Below the pieces are notes generated by a model. That model did no database searches and was not told the origin of the DNA. It was given only the letters and a program-made list of their open reading frames with translations. This document shows positions 26,286 to 32,335 of a DNA stretch of 32,335 nt, one piece after another. The stretch's first letter is position 1; the number at the start of each line of letters is the position of its first letter. A program made the translations under genes and the position numbers. Origin of the DNA: Candidatus Hermodarchaeota archaeon (lineage in GTDB: Archaea; Asgardarchaeota; Hermodarchaeia; Hermodarchaeales; Hermodarchaeaceae). The stretch is taken from NCBI GenBank assembly GCA_016839365.1, contig JAEOUH010000007.1:1-32335 (forward strand). Reading direction: 5' to 3'.

Positions 26286-27437
26286 TTAGTTTTCGTTGCT
26301 TAATACAGCGACACAACCGCTTGCGGTAGGAACGCCACGCCAGCTCTGAGCGAGAGCAGTTTTAGCGTTTTTAATTTGTCGTTTGCCAGCGTGTCCACGC
26401 AGCTGATATACACACTCTAAGACCGACTGTAATGCGGAGCCTTCGAGGAGGTTTCCTGCGCCTAGTCGTCCGCCTGAAACGTTGACGGGGAATGCGCCAT
26501 CGCGATTGAATTCGCCGGCTTCTGCGAGTTTCCCGGCTTTGCCAGGTTCGCACAGTTGAAGGGCTTCAAGGTGTTGAAGTTCCTTGTACGAGAAATAGTC
26601 ATCAACTTCAGCAAAGTCGAATTCTTTGCGGGGGTTTTTAATGTCTGCGCGTTTGTATGCACGATCCCGTGCGAGGTTGGTATATCCCGCAGCGCCCCAA
26701 TCTCGTGCTTCGAGCCACGGTGTATCAGAACACCAACCCAGTCCCTTGATCCAAATAGGATGATCGGAGAGTTCTTTGGCTTTCTTTTCGGAAGCGAGGA
26801 CTATGACGATCATGCCATCGGCCAGTGGGCTGATGTCGCGTTGGGTTAGGGGATGGGAGACCATCGTGGAGTTGATGACTTCATCAACTGTCATATCTGC
26901 AGGAAATGCAGCCAACGGATTGTCCATGGCGTTGCGTTTGTTTTTCACAACGACGGCTGCGCATTGTTCCCGCGTTGTTTTGGTCTCATGCAAGTATCGT
27001 TGCATTTCCAATCCCGCGATAAAGTAGGGGTGGACGTTGAATGCACGATTATAGACTGGGTCTAAGGCATGAGTCAAAATACCATCAAAGGTGAGCATAT
27101 CCGAGGCCTTGCTATGCGCCTCGATTGCTACCACGTCAAATAATCCGGTTTCAATCTGCATGGTACCGTTTGCCAGTGCAAGCAGACCGTCACCTCCAAT
27201 CGTACACACGGATCGGAGAACGGCACCGAGTTGGTCGGGGACAAACTCATCAAAGATGGAATACCCTTCCCAGTAGTCTTCAGCTGCAGTAAGGAAGCTG
27301 CCAATGTCTTCGCGGGCGTTGACGCCTGCATCCGCGTAGGCTTTAACAGCTGCTTCAAACATCTGTTCCTTAAACGAAACCTCTGCCGTTACCGAATTAA
27401 ATGATGTGCACCCAATTCCAATTATTGCCACTGTCAC
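26286..27437 (-). CDS. SCP-x-type thiolase-fold protein lacking canonical catalytic residues (Ltp4-like)
   Basis: VVKNKRNA, SPLADG, EVDDYF and NVSGGRLGAGN. The nucleophile region reads CTIGGDG. GTG start. Confidence 0.88.
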   Translation of the reverse strand: MTVAIIGIGCTSFNSVTAEVSFKEQMFEAAVKAYADAGVNAREDIGSFLTAAEDYWEGYSIFDEFVPDQLGAVLRSVCTIGGDGLLALANGTMQIETGLFDVVAIEAHSKASDMLTFDGILTHALDPVYNRAFNVHPYFIAGLEMQRYLHETKTTREQCAAVVVKNKRNAMDNPLAAFPADMTVDEVINSTMVSHPLTQRDISPLADGMIVIVLASEKKAKELSDHPIWIKGLGWCSDTPWLEARDWGAAGYTNLARDRAYKRADIKNPRKEFDFAEVDDYFSYKELQHLEALQLCEPGKAGKLAEAGEFNRDGAFPVNVSGGRLGAGNLLEGSALQSVLECVYQLRGHAGKRQIKNAKTALAQSWRGVPTASGCVAVLSNEN

Positions 27438-27946
27438 AATAGATCACTCTGAATTTGTTAATGAAATTGGAACATTATTTCGAGTAGTCGGGTTGAGGGT
27501 TGGGTTCTCTCTTTTCAAAAGTCTTATGGCTGGTTCTCATTTTCTTTGAGTGAAGCTTTCGCTTCTTTACATCTGAGTTTCATTTGTTATCTCAAAGAGT
27601 TCAATTTATTTTTTGTTATCCTCTCCTTCTTTTAGCGCATATAAAGAGTTCAAATCATGTGAAGAATTTAGATAGAATAACGTGTTTCGGGAGTTTTGAG
27701 AATATCATGAAAACGATTTGAATAAAGAATGAATGGCTTTGGACTCAAAGTTTAGCAATGATCCAACAACTTGTAAAATTGCAACCTCTATCTCTGTGTT
27801 AATACTGAAAGTCTTTATAGCCCATTTGGATACTAGGCTTCGAGTTCGTCTTGGATAACAAGAGTCGTACAAATTTTTCTTGATACAGATTTGGGAGCAG
27901 ATTATTCATGAACTTTTTGTTCTCTGAAGAATGGAAAGAGCCAAGG

Positions 27947-28792
27947 ATGAATCGTATTCTTGTCCCGGTTCAAGGATTTCCTGCAGAAGTGAGTGCGATT
28001 AATTTAGCATTCTACTTGGCAGAATTTTCAAAGGCAAGAATTTCCGTCTTACATTGCAAAGAACGCTTTAGCCAAATAAGTGAATATTGGCTTAATCGTT
28101 TATCAGGACACGTAAAATCTCTTTCTGTTCTTTTGCAAGTTCCATTCAGTTTTGAGGAAATAACACGTTTTCGAGCTTCGGATGCTATTCTGAAATCAAG
28201 TCATAAACAAGAATGCGATTTGATTATCATGACAGCTGCACAAAAGTCTCATCACAAGTACATATACGGATCCACAGCTCGTCGAGTTGCAAGGAAAACT
28301 AATGTTCCACTGTTAGTCATTGCATCGTGGTTGGAGGATTTCGCTAAACACCAAGAACCAGTACTTCGAAAAATCCTAATTCCGATTCGAAGTAAACGTC
28401 AAGACTTTTCAGCTCTTCAATTAGCTGCGGCTTTGAAGAAAAGTTCTGCTGCCAAAACAGCTGAACTAATTGCACTGAATATTACCCTTTTACCTTTGGT
28501 AACAAGTTTAACAGCAACAGATGCACCTGAAATCCGGATTGAACGAGAACGCTTTATCCAGGATGTGACTGTTTTTTCCAAACAAACCGGAATCAAAATT
28601 TCACCTGTACATGTAGCAGCTAGGGAACTTAGTGATGCAGCCATTGAGATTGCAACCGAAAAACAAGTTGATCTAATTATTTTAGGCATTCATCAGAAAC
28701 CACACAGATTTGGTGGTTTTCTGGGTAGAGTATCTCGTAAAATTGCGACCGAGTCTAACGCGGCGGTTGTCATGATTTTTGGAATGAATTAA
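27947..28792 (+). CDS. Universal stress protein with two USP domains
   Basis: RILVPV...DLIIM...YGSTARRVARKTNVPLLVI, then KILIPI...DLIILG...LGRVSRKIATESNAAVVMI. ATG 27947 is preferred over 27908. Confidence 0.88.
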   Translation: MNRILVPVQGFPAEVSAINLAFYLAEFSKARISVLHCKERFSQISEYWLNRLSGHVKSLSVLLQVPFSFEEITRFRASDAILKSSHKQECDLIIMTAAQKSHHKYIYGSTARRVARKTNVPLLVIASWLEDFAKHQEPVLRKILIPIRSKRQDFSALQLAAALKKSSAAKTAELIALNITLLPLVTSLTATDAPEIRIERERFIQDVTVFSKQTGIKISPVHVAARELSDAAIEIATEKQVDLIILGIHQKPHRFGGFLGRVSRKIATESNAAVVMIFGMN

Positions 28793-28822
28793 TCAAGCCA
28801 AATAAATCCGAGCTGAGCAAAC

Positions 28823-30250
28823 ATGACTCCTAGAACTCAAAAGTCCAAAGAAGAAAAAGAACAAGTGAGTTTGGTTAGGACACTTGGGTTTTGGGGGAGT
28901 TTTGGAATGGGATTTGCTGATATTGGTGCAGATATTTTCCTAGCTCTCGGAGTCGTTGTTGTGTGGGCTATGGGTGCGGCCCCACTTGCGTTTCTCATTG
29001 CATCCATACTGTATGCGTGTACAGGTCTCAGCTATACTGAACTTGCATCCACTTACCCTATTGCTGGTGGAGGGTCTGTATATGCGCGAAAAGCATTTGG
29101 AGACATCGCAGGCTTCATTGCAGGATGGGGATTACTTCTTGATTACACCATCTGCATCCCACTATTTGCTTTAATCTCAATTGGCTATCTAGGATTTTTC
29201 TTTCCAACAATTATATTCGCGCATATCCTAATCGGACCCTTTCCTATCAGTGTGATGGGTATGATAGCCGCCATTCTCATGGTTTTTCTTATCTTCTTGA
29301 ATTATCTAGGAATTCGAGAAAGTGCAAACCTAAATATTGTGTTTGTAACCCTCTGCCTTGTAGGACTCGGTCTCCTATTGGTTATTGGATTTGTGACCGT
29401 ATGGAACTGGGCATTTTTATTATCGCAAATTCAGTGGGGAGTGGCTCCCACAGTTAGCAGTTTTCTTTACTCAATTAGTGTTGCCACAGTTAGTTTCATC
29501 GGACTAGAATCTATTTCAGAAGCTGCTGAAGAGACTAAAAATCCTGGAAAAACAATTACCCGATCAACACTTGCCCTTATCGTTTGTATAATTTTTTTCA
29601 CTGTGACCGTGTCACTTCTTGCATTGGGGATTGTGCCATGGCCACTCATCGCTGAAGGAACAGCAAATCCCTTGGCAGTTGTTGCAAGCTACTTACCTTG
29701 GGCGTTTATTCTTGCCCCTTTCATTGCGATTATTGGTGTAACAATTAGCTATGTTAGTGCTAATGCTGGAATTGTGGGTGTAAGTCGAGTATCCTATGAG
29801 ATGAGCCGATCTAAGCTTATTCCTCAATGGTTTAATAAATTGCATTCAAAATATCGTACACCTTACCGCAGCATAGTTCTTTTCTCTGCAATTGGTGTAG
29901 GATTTGCATTTCTTGGTGATCTAAATTTACTGGTTGACTTGTATGCCTTTGGGGCTTTGATTAGCTACATTATGGTGAATCTTGCATTAATTCAACTCCG
30001 GAATACTCAACCTAATATACATCGACCCTGGCGAGTCCCAGGTACAATCACCATACCATGGCGTGATGGCAATAAAATAGAAGTACCCCTACCAGCGGCG
30101 ATTGGCGTTATTTCATGTGCGGCTGTGTGGCTAATTGTTGTTTTGTTTAAGGAATTCGGACGCTTAGCGGGATTTGTCTGGTTTCTAGTAGGCTTCTTAC
30201 TTTATGTTATCTATCGAAAATCTCGTGGCATGTCATTACAGACCCATTAA
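28823..30250 (+). CDS. APC family amino-acid permease
   Basis: About 12 TMs; IGADIF, SYTELASTYPIAGGGSVY, FIGLESISEAAEETKNP, SRVSYEMSR and HSKYRTP. Confidence 0.93.
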   Translation: MTPRTQKSKEEKEQVSLVRTLGFWGSFGMGFADIGADIFLALGVVVVWAMGAAPLAFLIASILYACTGLSYTELASTYPIAGGGSVYARKAFGDIAGFIAGWGLLLDYTICIPLFALISIGYLGFFFPTIIFAHILIGPFPISVMGMIAAILMVFLIFLNYLGIRESANLNIVFVTLCLVGLGLLLVIGFVTVWNWAFLLSQIQWGVAPTVSSFLYSISVATVSFIGLESISEAAEETKNPGKTITRSTLALIVCIIFFTVTVSLLALGIVPWPLIAEGTANPLAVVASYLPWAFILAPFIAIIGVTISYVSANAGIVGVSRVSYEMSRSKLIPQWFNKLHSKYRTPYRSIVLFSAIGVGFAFLGDLNLLVDLYAFGALISYIMVNLALIQLRNTQPNIHRPWRVPGTITIPWRDGNKIEVPLPAAIGVISCAAVWLIVVLFKEFGRLAGFVWFLVGFLLYVIYRKSRGMSLQTH

Positions 30251-30440
30251 CTCACGTAAGGGTTGTTTGTCTTCATGGAATTGATATTTGTATATCGATT
30301 TATCGACGAATACATCATAATTGGTTGTTCAAGAAGGCACATACGCCTTCCTAGTGAGGAGGTTTTGAGAGACAACGCAAATGATTATATGACCGCTTCT
30401 TTGTCTTGTGTAGCAACCAACGACCGAGGTTGGTCTGAAT

Positions 30441-31511
30441 ATGGTTGATCAACGAATCAAGGAACACGCTCGTATCTTGGTTGAATATTCCACGAATGTG
30501 CAGGCAGGGGATATGGTTTACCTGATTTCAGCCCTAGACGCACATCAATTAGCAGTTGAAGTTGTCAAGAAATGTGCTGAGCGAGGAGCAGCAACTTTGA
30601 CGATAATGGATTCGTCAGAAATTAACCACGGTTATATGGATACAGCGACAGATGAAGCATTAGATGTGTTTCCGAAGCACCAGATGGAGGCCATTAAGGC
30701 TTCAGATGTTCTCATCAGATTGGCTTCGCCATCGAATACTCGCGCAATGGCTGGAGTGGACCCGAAACGGCTTATGCGGCGGCAAATAACTACTAAGTCC
30801 ATCTCCGAGGAAGTACTCAACAAGCGTTGGTGCTTGACTCTTCACCCGAATCAAGCCCTTGCCCAGGAGGCAAAAATGAGCTTGACAGAGTATCAGGACT
30901 TTGTTTATGGAGCGACATTGCTGGACTGGGAAAAGGAGGCAAAATTGATGCGAAAGCTGCGAGACAAACTTCAGGAACACTCAACTATTCGATTTATTGG
31001 GAAAGACACCGACTTGAAGGCCTCAACTAAAGACCGATTATGGGTGTCTGCTGAAGGCACAAACAATATGCCTAGTGGTGAAGTGTTCACCAGCCCCAAG
31101 GAAGAAACCGTTGAAGGGAAAATCTATTTCGATATCCCCTTTCTCTACGCAGGCACCGAAATTCAAGGAGTCTATCTCGAATTCGAAAAAGGGAAAGTCA
31201 TCAACCACTCCGCAGAGAAAGGACGAGAAGCCTTGGAAGCAGCGCTCAATTCTGATAATGGCTCCCGGTATATGGGAGAAATGGCGATAGGGACGAACCG
31301 GGGAATCAAAAAATATACCTTGAACATGCTCTTTGACGAAAAAATCGGTGACACAATTCATTGTGCATTGGGAAATGCATACCCCGAATGTAAGGGAACC
31401 AACCAAAGTGCCGTTCACGTTGACATCATCAAAAGCATGAAAGACGACGGGAAGATCATGGCCGGTGATTTTGTCATCTACAATCGAGGTAAATATTTTT
31501 GGGAAAAATGA
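30441..31511 (+). CDS. Aminopeptidase, peptidase family M29 (AmpS/AmpT-like)
   Basis: NMPSGEVFTSP, GEMAIG, LFDEKIGDTIHCALG and SAVHVD. GAGGT RBS. Confidence 0.93.
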   Translation: MVDQRIKEHARILVEYSTNVQAGDMVYLISALDAHQLAVEVVKKCAERGAATLTIMDSSEINHGYMDTATDEALDVFPKHQMEAIKASDVLIRLASPSNTRAMAGVDPKRLMRRQITTKSISEEVLNKRWCLTLHPNQALAQEAKMSLTEYQDFVYGATLLDWEKEAKLMRKLRDKLQEHSTIRFIGKDTDLKASTKDRLWVSAEGTNNMPSGEVFTSPKEETVEGKIYFDIPFLYAGTEIQGVYLEFEKGKVINHSAEKGREALEAALNSDNGSRYMGEMAIGTNRGIKKYTLNMLFDEKIGDTIHCALGNAYPECKGTNQSAVHVDIIKSMKDDGKIMAGDFVIYNRGKYFWEK

Positions 31512-31607
31512 ACAGCTATCCTGAGAATACATTCTCATCTTTCTGTGTGAAAAACCAGTAGATGAGTACCGCTTTTATGGGTTGAACATGCATTTCGCTT
31601 TGATTCT

Positions 31608-32335
31608 ATGACGTTTCATGACTTGGTGCACCATGGTGTCGATTACGGCACCACTCAAGGAGCCAAATACATCGAGCTTCGCTACGTGAACAACGTGGTG
31701 GAAGGATATAGTACGCGAAATGGTGATATCCTTGCAGCAGGATTAACCGAGACTGCAGGAATCGGCATCCGTGCACTGGCTAGTGGTGGCATCGGCTTTG
31801 CTGCCACATCACGATTAGTAAAACCCGGAATTGAACGTGCTGTGGATGCAGCCATTCAACTAGCTCGAGCCTCTAAACGAAAAACGCCTTTACAGTTCTC
31901 TGAAGAACCGAGTGTTCAGACGAAATGGGAGGTTCCTGTCAAAACTCCGTTTATAGATATTCACTCCGAGGACAAACTAAATCGGGTCTTAGAAGTGGAC
32001 AAAGAACTCACAAGTACAGTCGGCGACAAGACCCTTCCCTACCGCGTAATTGTCACCGCACTAGAGACCCAGCGAAAATACATTGCAACGAGTGAAGGAA
32101 CCCGAATAGAATCCAATTTGAGCCTTGCCCGATACCTTGGATTACTCACAGCACAAGGAGAGAAGGGAACCGAACAACGCAGTGTAATGCATGGAGAAAC
32201 TGGCGGATGGGAATTTATTGACTCCCCAAAATTCGTCCAACGAATTATTGCCGAAGCAAAGGAAGTGAAAGAAGTTGCAGACAAAGCGGAACATATCACC
32301 TTTGACCAACCCATCGACATGCTCATCGGTCCAGA
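31608..32335 (+). CDS. tldD: TldD/PmbA family metalloprotease (3' end runs off the window)
   Basis: Not in the ORF track (no stop in the window). Reads MTFHDLVHHGVDYGTTQGAKYIELRY...GIGIRALASGGIGFAAT...KYIATSEGTRIE...GETGGWE, typical of the TldD N-terminal half. The HExxxH motif would lie beyond the window. Confidence 0.85.
   Translation, partial: MTFHDLVHHGVDYGTTQGAKYIELRYVNNVVEGYSTRNGDILAAGLTETAGIGIRALASGGIGFAATSRLVKPGIERAVDAAIQLARASKRKTPLQFSEEPSVQTKWEVPVKTPFIDIHSEDKLNRVLEVDKELTSTVGDKTLPYRVIVTALETQRKYIATSEGTRIESNLSLARYLGLLTAQGEKGTEQRSVMHGETGGWEFIDSPKFVQRIIAEAKEVKEVADKAEHITFDQPIDMLIGP

Noticed and set aside
1-32335. CRISPR arrays, tRNA/rRNA, DGR template/variable repeats, integrase
   Set aside because: No regularly spaced repeats, cloverleafs, reverse transcriptase or recombinase were seen. 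The two surface-gene tails differ mainly at synonymous sites, not specifically at adenines.

Overview
Gene-dense archaeal chromosomal segment. An Asgard lineage such as Thorarchaeia or Hermodarchaeia is my inference, from archaeal-type genes (beta-CASP RNase, DUF35/thiolase operon, TATA boxes, GGAGG/GGTGA RBS) and giant glycosylated single-pass surface proteins. From left to right: (i) two tandem ~1400-aa secreted, C-terminally anchored Ig-like-repeat proteins, the first absent from the ORF track because it runs off the window, with different heads but a nearly identical transmembrane/juxtamembrane segment; (ii) an enoyl-CoA hydratase; (iii) a solo, catalytically intact TnpB with an IS607-like right end; (iv) a TIM-barrel/PHP/beta-CASP phosphoesterase cluster with a structured leader; (v) fatty-acid genes (acyl-CoA ligase, hydratase, thiolase); (vi) two MBL hydrolases and a small CxxC protein; (vii) an internally deleted ABC ATPase pseudogene in front of an intact permease; (viii) a candidate stand-alone structured ncRNA; (ix) a four-gene operon of two Cys-less thiolase-fold proteins and two Zn-ribbon/OB-fold (DUF35) proteins; (x) a lower-GC USP plus APC permease pair; (xi) an M29 aminopeptidase and a TldD running off the right edge. 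No CRISPR array, tRNA or rRNA was recognised. All calls are by eye, without database searches.
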